DNA of 64,000 nucleotides. Origin: Eledone cirrhosa (lineage: Eukaryota). The notes beneath the pieces were generated by a model. That model was not told where the DNA came from, did no database searches, and was given only the letters and a program-made list of their open reading frames with translations. A program made the position numbers and the translations under genes. The DNA lies in the NCBI GenBank assembly GCA_964016885.1, contig OZ024748.1:11346001-11410000 (forward strand), given 5' to 3'. How positions within the stretch are numbered: position 1 is the stretch's first letter; each line of letters starts with the position of its first letter. This document shows, piece by piece, positions 1 through 13,427 of the stretch.

Positions 1-327
1 CGGCGGGATTTGAACACAGAACGCAAAGGACCATAACTCTGTGCTGCACAGCATGGTGTCCAACACTCTACTGATACTGCCAAACTAAATAGTAAAAACA
101 TCAGTATAATAATTGTTTCTACTATAGGCACAAGGTCAGCAATTTGAAAGGGAGGCGAAAGTCGATTAAATCAATTTCAGTGCATTACTGGTACTTTATT
201 TTATTTACCCCGTAAGGATGAATGGCAAAGCTAACCTCGGTGTGTAATAATAAGGAAAACATTTGTGTAGTTTTGTGACTATTGTTTTTTTCTTTTTCTC
301 TTTTCATTTGTTCTTCACACCCAATAG

Positions 328-497
328 AACCGTTCTAGTGATGAGCTTCACTTTGGTGAGAAATGGTTCCATGGTAAACTAGAAGGAGGCCGACACCGTG
401 CTGAATGGTTACTACATCAATACAAGAATCTAGGTGATGGTACATTTCTTGTCCGGGAGAGTGAAACCTTTATCGGAGATTTTTCCTTATCATTCTT
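328..497 (+). CDS. PLCG1: PLC-gamma exon: nSH2 N-terminal half (first exon inside window; gene starts upstream)
   Basis: TAG acceptor, GTAAGT donor; translates [56 protein letters not shown], with WFHGKL and FLVRESETF motifs of PLCG nSH2. Confidence 0.95.
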
Positions 498-1878
498 GTA
501 AGTATTTCAATTCTATCAAAAATATTTAGGGTAGGGCTGGGTGGGCAAGTTGTTGATAGAAAGGTTGTTATAATTTGTTGAAATATTAACCTAATACTAA
601 CCTTAACCGTAACCTCTTTTTTTTACAGATGGAAAGCCTTTACATTATTCATATCTAAATTATGTTTCAATCAGGTTGATATGTGGTTATTCTCAGTTTG
701 AATTTACTTTGGTACTAAGTGATGGGTCACATTGTTGGTTTTGACTTCTCTCGGGTCTTGAATAATCATTAACCCCCTCCCCGATTATTAATTTTTCAGA
801 CCCCCCCATTCCTGCAACAGTTAATTTTCTTTAGACATTAAAAAATATTTTACATGACAAAAAATAACATTACAAGAAATCCTATATGTTATAAAGCAAA
901 TAGAATGGGTTGGGGTTTCAACTAAATGACTAATTCTGGTTTTTAAAAAAATCAACGGAGGCAACCTAGAAATCAATTGGTCTCATAGGGGGTTTCTTGG
1001 GGTTTTAATAATAAAGGCCCATGTCCTATCATGTTATATCAGCTCACACCTATGTAGGTTTAGCTGGCCTCAGGAGTTTTCTTTGGTTTTTTAATAATAA
1101 GGGCCCCACTCCTCTCATGTTATTGTTACTCACAAAAGATATGGGTATATTATTTGTTGTTGCGACTGGTGTTACTGCTACCGTTGCTGTTGTTTGTTAT
1201 CTTCAACTGCCAATTTGAAATTTGTTGTAAAATATTTGGTGAAACTGACCAAGATGTTTTTGTTATTTTTTTTTTTATTTTCATTTTATTTTTTGTTTTG
1301 TTCTTAAAGATATTTTATTTTCTCTAAAACTTTGGTAAGTAAACCCCACTTTTACTGACTGTTGTTAATGTCCAATCTGGCTGCATTTTTGGCACCAGCA
1401 ATCCCTGAAATACCAAATGTCCATGAAAAAACCCGATCCAATCCATTACAAACTTGACACCCACAGTGCTTCTCTGTTGATATATTGGCTTCATATTTGA
1501 ATTATAGATTGTTAGGAGAAAGAACATAAGAGTAGGGGTGATGCAGGGGGTTGGGTGTATTTTTTATGTTTATTTTTAGCTATCTGCTAATCCAGCTTTT
1601 TTTTGCTTTTTTTGTTCTTTTTTTTTTTCTTTTTCAAGCATTAAAAAAAAAAAAATCTTTATCATTCATTCTCCCTCGGATCTTATTAAAATATTTAATA
1701 TTGATATTTTTTGCCAGCCATTGTATATCTTCTGTGTTCACTGTCCATGTCACATTGCCAAGTGTGATGTTGCATGGCAGTGAGATATGTGCAGTGAAAT
1801 GATTGCAGAAGATATGTGAACGCTGGAGAGAAATAAAAACGAGCATGCTCTACTGGATGTGTAATGTTAAAATGTTAA

Positions 1879-2086
1879 CCCTATAGCATTTAAACCGGCC
1901 ATATCTGGCCAGAATTCTCTCACCTCTTTCTGTTCAAACTGGCTGTAACTGGCCGCTCATACTGATGTCAAGGTATTGTTCTCAGAATAAATAACATCAA
2001 AATCTCATAGATTTGACATTATGTGAGGTAAAGCCTTTACCATGAAAATACAATAGTATATATAGAGTAATGTAAATGCTAAAGGG
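1879..2086 (+). mobile_element. piggyBac-like MITE (copy 1)
   Basis: TTAA|CCCT(A/T)TAGCATTTA...TAAATGCTAAAGGG|TTAA. Confidence 0.85.
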
Positions 2087-2838
2087 TTAATGTGCATGAA
2101 GGATGGAGCATGGGTGAGCTGAGAGAAAAAATAAAATGGCTATAAGAGGAATCAGATGCAGTATGCAAGAGCAAAAACTGCACTGGTATGGACATGTGAG
2201 GTGTTTGTATGATAATTCTTGGATAAAGAAGTGCCAAGATGTCCAAGTGGAAGGAAGCTGCTATAGAGAAAACAAAGGAATATCCCAGGCAACAGAAGTT
2301 CGAATTGATTTCCAAACACTGAACCTTATAGAGGAGATGATGAAAAACTGCAACGAGTAAAAGGATCCATGTTGGAAAAGACCCATCCTACCTGTGCAAG
2401 TATGGAAAAGTGGATGCAAGATGTTGATGATAATGATGATGATGATCTTTCCATGGAAAGCATGCATCAGACTTGCGTGTGAGATTGCTGCATGTTAGTG
2501 AAAAGACATGAGAATTATTCAGATAAGCTATAGAGAAATGATGAGAACATCTGCAAGATCTATTGGTTGAGGGTAATGTGAGCTTGTCTTTTAACAAAAA
2601 TATACAACAAAACCCCAAAACAATCAAGGTACAAATGAGCTTGACAAAGAAAGTATGGTGAAAAGTGCCATAGGTTGGCAATATTGAGTATCAAAGATAT
2701 AGGTAAATAAATATAAGATGTAATGAGGTGAGATGTCAGAAGCTGCTGTACAAATAAGATTATAAAACATCAAGATAAGTAGAGATATAACAGTTTCTTC
2801 CTAAATTACCCATACATAGCATGATAAAAATACATTAA

Positions 2839-3022
2839 CCCTTTAGTATTCAAACTGGCTGTATCTGGCTGAAACTGGCTGTTCATACTAATGTTAAGAT
2901 ATTTTTCTCAAAATAAATATCAAAATCTCATAGATTTGATATTATGTGAGATAATTATGTGAGGTAAAGTGTTTACCATGAAAATACAATAGTATATATA
3001 GATTAATGTAAATGCTAAAGGG
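2839..3022 (+). mobile_element. piggyBac-like MITE (copy 2)
   Basis: Same TIRs, TTAA flanks, internal deletion. Confidence 0.85.
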
Positions 3023-4456
3023 TTAAAATAAACATGATGATGATGATATAAATACTATACAATTGTAAATAACAATTTTGGATCATAAAAGAAAGAATGA
3101 ATCCAGTGAAGGCAGGGCCAGACTTTCACCTGCTGAGGCTCTCAGCTATACAAAATTTGAGACCCTTCTCTAAAAAATTCAGGTAAAAAAAAGTCTAAAA
3201 TAGACTAGATTATTATTTATTAATGATTACAAAATTAAATTAATGTTAATGATGGGAAATCTTTGAGGACTGAGTACTTGACATGTATTGTATTTTCGCA
3301 ACCCTGGAGGATGAAAGGCAAAGTTGACCGTCCCAGGATTTCAATTCAGAACAAATATTGCAATGTCATTTAATCTAATGCTCTACCAATTCTGCCAATG
3401 AACAGATATTCACCTGCGTACAAATATTGCTATGCGTTCTTCTGGCAGAAGAGTGTGAGGTATAAGAGTGGGTAAATATCTTTGTGTCAATGAAGTTGGG
3501 AAGGGAAAACGTGGGTAATTACCTTTTTATTGATTAAGGAGGGTGGGACACTTATTACAGATAGGATTTCCAGATTAATTACATAAAATGTATCAGATTG
3601 TATCAGAAAGTAGCTCAAAAAAGAAAATTTTGGTAATAAACTATTAAAATTATATAAAGATTACTTGTATATAAATTCTAATTCACTTAGTTGATAATTT
3701 ATCTTTTAACATCCTGATATGATTTAGCAGAAAATATCTAAAAATAAGTTTATTAATTCAAATGTTTATATTATCTTTATTAGTGGATAGATCATTGTGG
3801 AAATTTACAGTTTTATCTTTTAACATTCTGTAATGTTTATAGTAACTTTACTGATGGACAGATTGTTGTGAAAATGTGCAGTATTAGACTAAAGATTTCA
3901 GTTTTTTTAATGAGATATAGAGTACTGTTTTATATTTATCAAGAATGTCTTGCAGTCATAGTGCTGTTTTGTATTTATCAACATCTTGCTAATGCGGTTT
4001 CACGTGGTACAGGATGTTAAGAATTAGCATGATGTTCAATATTTAAAAATTAAAATTTCGAAGTAGTAAGTAGTCTAGTTACCCCAGTAGCACAAACCAT
4101 GAGAGCTGTAAGAGGGCAGATGAACTCCTCAGAATCAACAGCCATCCACAAATGGCCAAGCATGGTCAATGCAGCTACAACCCTGAAGACATGAACAAAA
4201 CGAAACAGAAATTGGTGAAGGTCAACCAGGGAGGGGTTCCTCCTACAGGAGTGACAAGACCCTGGATTGGATTGGATTGGATTGGAAGTAGTCCAAATTA
4301 AAACAAAAAAATAGAAGCATGCAGTTCTGAAAAAGTAGTGTAATACACTGCTTGTTGGCCAATCTGGTAAATCTGTATACATGTGTTCTACTTAGCATTG
4401 CACTACTATAGGTAATTGGAGGTTGTAGGGCCTAGTCTGTGTGAGTGTATATGTGT

Positions 4457-5180
4457 GTGTAAAAATAGCGAGACATATCTAAAAGGATGGTAGTCTAGGA
4501 TAATCTATTTACTATTGAGGAAATAACTCCAGTGATAGGACTCTGATAAAATCTGTCAAACTATCCCACCACCACCACAACCATTTCCACCACCATCACC
4601 ACAACCATTTCCACCACCATCACCACAACCATTTCCACCACCACCACCACCATTTCCTTTAGACAATATTTTAGCTCAGTCTTCCCTTTTGAACTGAGGC
4701 TTTCTCAGCTAATTTTATTATTTATTGTATTTTTTTTTCTTCATTTTTGTTTTGTATGGAAATGTGTAAAAATGTGTAAAAATACCGAGACATCTAAGAG
4801 GATGGTAAACTAGGATAATGTTCCATTTACTATTCAGGAAATAACTCCATTGATAGGACTCTGATAAAATCTGTCAAACTTTCCCACCACCATTTCCACA
4901 ACCATTACCACCACCACCACCACCACAACTACCACCATCACCACAACCATTACCACCACCACAACCACCACCATTTCCACAACCATTACCACCACCACAA
5001 CCACCACCACCACCACAACCATTACCACCACCATCACCACTTCCACCACCATTACCACCACTACCACCTCCTGTAGACAATATTTTCGCTCAGTCTTCCC
5101 TTTTGAACTGAGGCACTCTCAGCTAATTTTATTATTTATTGTTTTTTTTTTCATTTTTGTTTTGTATGGAAATATGTAAT
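4457..5180. repeat. Tandem duplication (~315 and ~410 bp units) with internal (CCA)n of different length
   Basis: Two copies of GATAGGACTCTGATAAAATCTGTCAAACT...AGACAATATTTT..CTCAGTCTTCCCTTTTGAACTGAGGC. Confidence 0.9.
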
Positions 5181-5255
5181 ATTTCCTATCATGTGAAACT
5201 AGGTTTCATCTCCGCCATCTTTGTTCTCAGCTTTGGTCTTTCTTGCAGCTAAGAT

Positions 5256-5850
5256 TAATAATGGTTTCTGATTTAGGTACAATTAGGGAGGGGAATGTCG
5301 ATTAAATTAACCCCAGAGTGTTACTGGTACTTTATTTTATTGACCCAACCCCTCCCGTAAGGATGAAAGGGCCATAACTCTATGTCACAAAGAATGTTGT
5401 CCGATGCTCTACCGAAACTGCTAATCCCCTATCCTTATAATAATAATAATAATTGTTTCGACTTTTGGCACAAGGCCAGCAATTATCCCAGTGCATTACT
5501 GGTACTTTATTTTATCGCCCCTGTAAGGATGAAAGGCAAAGTTCACCTCGGTGGGATTTGAACTCAGAATGGCAAGGGCCGTAACTATGCATCAAAGCAT
5601 GGCGTCCGACCCTCTACCGATACTGCCAATCCACCGCCCTTATAATAATAATAATAATGATGTCTACAATAGACACAAGGCCAGCAATTAAATCGACCTC
5701 AGTGTGTTACTGGTACTTTATTTTATCGACCCCCGTTAGGATGAAAGGCAAAGCTAACCTCGGTGGGTTTTGAACTCAGTACATAAAAGGCCATAACTAA
5801 ATACTGCAAAGCATTTTGTCTGACACTCTACCGATTTTGCCAATCCCCAT
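5256..5850 (-). mobile_element. Cluster of three head-to-tail tRNA-derived SINE (family 1) copies
   Basis: Repeated TACTGGTACTTTATTTTATCGACCCCGTAAGGATGAAAGGCAAAG..GGATTTGAACTC (box B on - strand); further - copies at 1-243, 6982-7100, 29375-29775, 31756-31910, 32763-32985, 45798-45983, 53602-53698, 60052-60340. Confidence 0.85.
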
Positions 5851-6396
5851 TGTTATTTTCATATATAAATTATTTCCCTCTCTTCTAAGATTAATAATAC
5901 TACTATAAATAAGTTGCAGCAGCAGATAAAACAACCCCCTTTGTAATTATAATATTTTGAACTTGTTATTAGAATATTTCAAGCCTAAAGCAAGGCTCGT
6001 TAGAGAAGTCGCATACAGCTCTCTACACCAAATTGTATTTTTAGTTAAAAACTGCGACTTATCTGGTTAGTGCTGAGGGTGGTAGAGTGTCGGACAATAT
6101 GCTTTATGAGTTCAAATCCCGCCGAGGTTAGCTTTGCTTTTCATGCTTATGGGGTCGATAAAATAAAGCACCAGTAATGCAGTGGGTCGATTTAATTGAC
6201 TTTCCTCTCTCCTAAAATTGCTGGCCTTGTGCCTAAATTAGATACAATTTATGGTCAGTGCTAAAGGTAATTGTAAAATTTTGATAAAATTTTATGAACT
6301 TGCTGCAACAAAATGTTTTTTTTTTCTTCCTTTTGTTCTTATCTTTTCTCTTTTCTATCTCTTTTCCTCTCCTGCCACTCGCTACGGACATTCCAG

Positions 6397-6597
6397 ACGG
6401 AAATCAAATGTGAATCATTGTCGAATCAAGTCAAAACAGGACCGTGGTCAACTGAAATATTACTTGATTGATACGTTATTGTTTGATAGTCTGTACTCAT
6501 TAATAACATACTACAGACAGAATCCATTACGAAGCTCTGACTTTGAGCTCACTCTAAAAGAACCCATTCCACAGCCACAGTGCCACGAGGGCAAAGA
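6397..6597 (+). CDS. PLCG1: PLC-gamma exon: nSH2 C-terminal half
   Basis: CAG/GTAAGT, phase 2-2; RKSNVNHCRIKSKQDRGQLKYYLIDTLLFDSLYSLITYYRQNPLRSSDFELTLKEPIPQPQCHEGK. Confidence 0.95.
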
Positions 6598-6687
6598 GTA
6601 AGTTTTTGATTCTTTCTTTTACGTTTTTTTTTTTTTTGTTTATTATACTCCTCATCATCATCATCGTCTTAACGTCTGCTTACCCTG

Positions 6688-6734
<47 letters not shown>

Positions 6735-6753
6735 TATATATATATATATATAT

Positions 6754-6947
6754 AACGAAGGAAGTGTGGTAAGTAACCAGGTGGACCATAATGCACCAAA
6801 GTACTCGATACTGGGTAGTAGAGTGGGTAAAAGGAAAAGAGTTAGGACCCCGACGGCTGAGCTCCGGCCGTTTTGACAGCTAGGTCTGAACTCGGACCTA
6901 GCTGTCGAAACGGCCGGAGCTCAGCCGTCGGGGGTCATGACTCTTTT

Positions 6948-6950
<3 letters not shown>
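6754..6950. mobile_element. Fold-back element family A in (TA)n (copy 1)
   Basis: AACGAAGGAA... unique arm, then ~57-bp hairpin 6832-6950, flanked by (TA)n; homologues at 52621, 56735, 59789, 9629. Confidence 0.8.
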
Positions 6951-6986
<36 letters not shown>

Positions 6987-7118
6987 GTTTCTACTTTTGG
7001 CACAAGGCCAGTAATTACCCAGTGCATTACTGGTACTTTATTTTATCGACCCCGTAAGGATGAAAGGCAAAGTTAACCTCGGCGGGATTTGAACTCAGAA
7101 TGGAATATATAATGTATG

Positions 7119-7569
<451 letters not shown>

Positions 7570-7618
7570 CTCATCATCATCATCATCGTTTAACGTCAAT
7601 TTTCCATGCTAGCATAGG

Positions 7619-7654
<36 letters not shown>

Positions 7655-7737
7655 ATACTTGGGGAGGGTCATATTTGTGTAATATTGCCAGAATTAATAA
7701 CAGAACTAATTCATTGCCGTTATATATATATATATAT

Positions 7738-7953
7738 GTGTGGAAATGTGCCAGGAAATGCCAGTTGAAGGAAGACGTGGTAGAGGTAGACCACGAAAAA
7801 CATGGGCGGAGGTGGTGAGAACAGACCTCAGATCATTGAAGCTCACGGTGGAGATGACGAGGGACCGTGACGAGTGGAGAGATGCTGTGCTGAATAAGAC
7901 CCGTCCCACCCTTGCAAGCAGGGAAAAGCGGACGTAAAATGATGATGATGATG
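7738..7953 (+). mobile_element. RTE-clade LINE 3' end
   Basis: VEGRRGRGRPRKTW..DL..DRDEWR C-terminal motif and (GAT)n tail; other remnants at 2100-2445, 21004-21290 (-), 34172-34330, 36670-36825, 58100-58380 (-). Confidence 0.8.
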
Positions 7954-7999
7954 ATATATATATATATACATACTTATACATATGAACATTTCTTTCCAG

Positions 8000-8122
8000 T
8001 TGGTTTTATGGTGATATTGATCGAGTTACTGCTGAAGATAAACTGAAGAGAATTCCACGTGACGGTGCTTTTTTGGTGAGGAAAAGTGAGACAGACCAGT
8101 TTGCTTTTGTGATATCCTTTAG
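8000..8122 (+). CDS. PLCG1: PLC-gamma exon: cSH2 N-terminal half
   Basis: CAG/GTAAAA, phase 2-2; WFYGDIDRVTAEDKLKRIPRDGAFLVRKSETDQFAFVISF (PRDGAFLVRK motif). Confidence 0.95.
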
Positions 8123-8236
8123 GTAAAAACCTCAGCCTCTCACATTTTCACACAAATAATTTTCTCATGTATGTATGCATGAGTGTTTTTGTGTGTATGC
8201 ATGTGTGTATTTTAGCTTATGTGTATGTGCATATGT

Positions 8237-8520
8237 GGAGGCGTGTGGCCTAGTGGTAAAGGTGTTGGGCTTACAATCATATTGCCGTGGGTTCAATTCC
8301 TGGGCTGGGTTGTGTGTTGTGTTCTTGAGCAAGACACTTCATTTCACATTACTCCAGTTTACTCAGCTAAAAATGAGTACCAGCAATAGAAGGAAAGTTT
8401 AACCCTGTGATGGACTAGTGTCCTGTCCAAGGGGGAAGTCTTGGTCCTCAGTCGCTTCATGCCACGGAAACTGGGATAAGCACTGGCCCGAGGAGCCTCT
8501 GAGCTCGAGACAGACTTTAG
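8237..8520 (+). mobile_element. tRNA-derived SINE family 2 (CORE-like)
   Basis: TGGCCTAGTGG box A, GGTTCAATTCC box B, GTGTTCTTGAGCAAGACACTT core; relatives at 11610-11950, 28450-28640, 42537-42880. Confidence 0.75.
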
Positions 8521-8936
8521 TGTGTGCATAAATGTGCATTTGTACACGTGTGTGTGTGTATGTGCATTTGTATGTGCATGTGTATGAATCTGTGTGCAAT
8601 TGTGTGTGAGCTTAAGTCTGTATGTGGGTGTGTGAGTTTATGTATGTGCCAATGCATGCGTGTGTATGTATGAGTTTGTGGGTGTGTTTTGTGTGTATGT
8701 GCATATGTGAGTTAGTTTAAGTGTGTATGTGTGTGTGAGCTTATGTGCGTATGTAGGTGTATGAGTTTGTGTGTATGGGTTTGTGTGTATATGCATGCAT
8801 CTACATTTGTGTGTGTGTATGTATGTAAGCTTAAGTGTGTGAGCTTATGCATATTTGTGGGTATGTATGAGTTTGTGTGTGTACATACATATGCATGTGT
8901 GTGAGTGTGTGTGTGTATGCCAATGGTTCTATATTA

Positions 8937-9112
8937 CAGTAAAATTCCATTATAACGAAATTCATGGGGTATAAAAACCATTCGTTGTAATAAAAAAATT
9001 CTTTATAATGAGATTGACCTAACATATCAAGAGTGTGGTCGGGGATTGATCAAAATTTCGTTATAACGAATACCATTATAACAAATTTTTCAGTATAACG
9101 GAATTTTACCTG
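8937..9112. mobile_element. Tc1/mariner (pogo/Tigger-like) MITE
   Basis: TA|CAGTAAAATTCC(A)TTATA...TATAACGGAATTTTACCTG|TA, internal TTATAACG repeats. Confidence 0.75.
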
Positions 9113-9154
9113 TATAAAAATATATACTTTTATTTATCTCTCTGTGCTCTTCAG

Positions 9155-9332
9155 GTGTGAAGGTAAAATAAAACACTGCCGCATTAAACAAGAGGGTCGC
9201 CTCTTCACCATTGGTACCGCACAATTTGAGAGTTTGCTCAACCTGATTAAATATCATGAGAAAAACCCACTCTACAAGAAAATGAAGCTTAAGTACCCAG
9301 TCACGGACCAGTTAATTTTGAGAATGGGTATT
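9155..9332 (+). CDS. PLCG1: PLC-gamma exon: cSH2 C-terminal half
   Basis: CAG/GTAAGT, phase 2-0; CEGKIKHCRIKQEGRLFTIGTAQFESLLNLIKYHEKNPLYKKMKLKYPVTDQLILRMGI. Confidence 0.95.
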
Positions 9333-9786
9333 GTAAGTACACTGTTTATGTTGAGTTCTGAGAGTCTTGGCTAGTTTTTTCCCCCCTGCCTTAGATACCA
9401 TCCCAACCTCCAACTGATACCACCACCTCATGCAGTTACTATTTACTACATTACCCAATCATGAAAGTTAACAGCATTTATTTTGAAAATATTTAGACTC
9501 ACATGAGTATATATATAAATATATCTATATATATAATATATATATCTATAGCTATATCTCTCTCTATATACATGTGTGTATACATAGATATATATACATA
9601 TATGTATATATGTATGGGTCTTGAATTTGCCGTCGAAACAGCAAGAGCTCAGCTGTTGGACACCGGCTCTCTACTATACTTATACGCTGCTATCACAAGT
9701 ATTGTGTACTCTGTGCTGAATAATGGTCTTACTAGTTTAAGCTGGTAAAATCCTGACCTATATATATATATACATATATTTTTATT

Positions 9787-9836
<50 letters not shown>

Positions 9837-10527
9837 GGGAAGTGAGGTTCTATACAAAACAGTGGGTATAGAGAAAAGATGAAGTTGGAAATAGCACAGG
9901 AGATATATTTAAGGGTCTGTTTTTTCCTTTTTGATATGTAAAAGTGATATTATTGAAAAGATAATGTTATTAAAAAAGAGAGGGACAATTCTTTTTTGAA
10001 AATTTTTTTATGAAATTTATAAAGTATATGAGAAAATTACTGGTTTCAATGTATTAAGATCCATCCTGTCAAATTCAGGGAAAAAAAGTTAATTAAAAAG
10101 GGTTGGAAGGAGTAAAAAGAGGTTTAAAATTAAAATCAAAATCAAATGTTTAAGTAAAATTTCTTCCATCATATATCCTGAAAAGTTGACTGGATATTAT
10201 TAGTAAATAAATATTTACTCTACGAGTTTATATATATATATATACAATCCTTATCGAGCCCCCTTTGGATTTTGGTCTTCGTAATTATTATTACTATATA
10301 TATATATATATATATATAGTTTAAAAGGGGGGTAAAGTTCCATACAAATCAAAGTTTATAGGTAAAAAGCACAGAATTATATTTAAAGATTATTTTTTCT
10401 TTAATCCGACAATGAATCATTTTATAATTGTATCAAATGGATTTAAATTTCATCAAATTTTTATTGGTATGTCATTCTTTATCAAATAAAGTTTGTTCAC
10501 ATATTCTGTGAGCAGTTAGAACATATG

Positions 10528-10567
<40 letters not shown>

Positions 10568-12650
10568 ATATATATATATATATGAGATAATGATATATAA
10601 GGAAAAGAATTTGAAAATGCAACTGGAGTATTTTAAGACTATTTATTTACTTTACTGGTTTCACAGTTCTTATGATTATCAAAAGTAAAATTGAGATGGA
10701 GGGTTTGTGTTTCTGTTGTGGTTTGTCTTGCATCAGGTGGACATGATCCATGATGAGATGAATTCCAGAGACATCTCTTATGCTTATACTTTTCATCTTG
10801 GGTATGGTTTCTACGACTAAATGCTCTTCCTAATGCCAACCACTTTACAGTCTAGCAGGTGCCTTTTATTGTACCACCAGCACTACCACTTTACAGAGTG
10901 TACTAGGTGCATTTTATTGTATCACCAGCCTTATACCACTTTACAGAGTGTACTAGGTGCATTTTATTGTGGAACTAACATTATCACTGTATAGAGTGTA
11001 CCAGGTACATTTTATTGTGGCATTAGCATTTATCAAGAAATATATTTTTGTAAATAATAGTTCATGACTTCAAACGGTGAAGTGCCTGGCAGAATCTGAA
11101 CTCTATATCTTCTATATTAACTGGTCTAGTATGTTAACCATTGCACCACAGAAGCCTCTTCAGTTTTTCATGTTGAAATTAAGCATATAAAGGTTTAATG
11201 TGCTATGCCAAGTGTTTACCTTACATCGTCCTAATTATGTAAAAATTGCTCAGCAACTCAGCTCATATATTCATCAGTCGATTGACAAGATCCCTGATCT
11301 CATTCACTTAACAAGTTTGGTGGAGCTCATCAAATCAGACCTCGGAAACAATGTTTCCATTGGTCTTTCCAATTGTTAATACAATCTACTGGTCGCAAAT
11401 CTAGGCAGAAGGAGCAATGTGAAATAAAGTGTTTTGCTTAAGAACATAATGCATCACTCGGTCTGGGAATCAAACTCACAACCTCACGATTACAAATCCA
11501 ATTCTCTAACCACTCAGCCACATGCCTTCACAGCTCATATATAGAGAAGTCAAATTACTCTTAATATTGTTGGCTTGTAGATTGTTAATGAGTAGTATCA
11601 ATTAGTGAATGTGCATGGCTTAGTGGTTAGAGCATTGGGCTTACAATTGAGAGGTTGTGAGCTCAATTCTCGGACCAGGTGATGTGTTGTGCCCTTGAAC
11701 AAGACACTTTATTTCATGTTGCTCCAGTTCACTCAGCTGTAGAAATGAGTTGCGATGTCACTGGTGCGAAGCTGTATCGGCCATAGCCTGTCCCCGGTGG
11801 CTTGGAGAGGAGAGATTGGTATATATGGGCAATTGCTGGTCTTCCATACACAAATCTTGTCCAGGCTTGTGCCTCAGAGGGAAATGTTTTAGGTGCAAAA
11901 CAATGGTCATTATTGACCGATGGGGGCCACTCATAGCAGGTAACCACCTGGCAGATTTGTTAGAGTATTGAGTTAAATTCACCATCACTATCATCATCAT
12001 TGTATTATATCCCCTTTTCCATGCAGTTTTTGTTTCAGCTCTCAGCTGAAATCCCACCGAGATCAAATTTGCTTTTTATCCTTTTAGTTTCCCTAAATAA
12101 AATACTGGTCCAGGGCAGTGGGTTGGCAGAATCATTAGAACTTGGACAGAATACCTTGTGATATCTGTACTGATTCTATTCAGATCCCACCTCTAGTAGA
12201 CTAGAAAAATGGAGACATGATAGGACTGGGGCCTCCAATCATTCAAAACGCCCAAGAAACCCACTATAAGATGCAACCTCAGAGTAGATCAGCTAAAAGA
12301 CACTAGATAACAGATACTCTTTTTGAATGTTAATAGCTGCCTGTAAGAAGCAGTCTAGCATTTACATCCAACATATTCCTAGAGGGTGTGAGGGGGAGGC
12401 ATGTGGCCTAGTCGTATTAAAACTACTTCCATTTTTCAGCCAATGGAAGTAGTTTTAATTCTTTTAGAATAACCGAAGGTGATTGGCAGCCCAGTCTCAC
12501 TTGATCTTTACAATATAAAGGTGTAATTTCCCTAAAATCACCCCAGCAAATCTTTTCTTAACTATTCAAAACAAGCTGGGGGATGGTGGGTGGGGCAGAT
12601 GTCACTGAAGTTCAGTTTTTTAAAAACCATGAGTGTGGTGACCTGGAAAT

Positions 12651-12700
<50 letters not shown>

Positions 12701-12943
12701 TATTGGTTGATTTAATTTTGTTCAGCTTATAATGCAGCCACGCTAACCAGTTTGTTGTTGATCTGTTACACTTAGCTGGCATGTTTGTGGTCCTTGTTGC
12801 TTCATTGTAGTTTTCCCTACCCCCACCCTAAAAAAAAAAAAGCAGCAACAACAACAACAACAACACACACCTTACCTTGCCAGATTAAAAATCCCAATGC
12901 TTAGTATGATAAATGTGATTCCGAGTTGATTCTTCCTTTGTAG

Positions 12944-13006
12944 GCACCCAATGCTGGTTCAATACATCAAGATCTTTATGTTATTCCCAATCATTTAACT
13001 TCAAAG
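12944..13006 (+). CDS. PLCG1: PLC-gamma cSH2-SH3 linker exon, variant A (63 nt)
   Basis: Pyrimidine tract + TAG, AAG/GTAACC donor, phase 0-0; APNAGSIHQDLYVIPNHLTSK, Tyr motif like the Y783 region of PLCG1; paralogous to 15542-15604. Confidence 0.8.
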
Positions 13007-13289
13007 GTAACCCTAAGTATTTGCAGAATGTTGCCAGTAGTATATCTTATCATTTTGTCATCTAAGTCTTGTCTGTGTATATGTGTGCCTATGTGTCTGT
13101 GTGTCTATGTGTTTATATGTCTTGTGTCTGTGTGTCTCCTTTTGGTATGCTTGTCACCCTTTATTCGGGTTAGCATGTTCCTTCTTCACCATATAGAATG
13201 TATTATGTTTATTATTATCATTTATTTGCACTATACATACATATTTAATGTGATAGACATAGCAATGATTGAGTGAGTGTATATATGTG

Positions 13290-13325
<36 letters not shown>

Positions 13326-13386
13326 CACACTTAGGTCTTGGATTTTTAGCTCCAGCAATCATAGCCACATGTCATATATATCTTTT

Positions 13387-13427
<41 letters not shown>

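Noticed and set aside
525-615. Telomeric TTAGGG/CCTAA-like repeats
   Set aside because: Only a few degenerate units; no array
8237-8310. tRNA gene
   Set aside because: Box A/B belong to SINE heads continuing into SINE body; no intact cloverleaf
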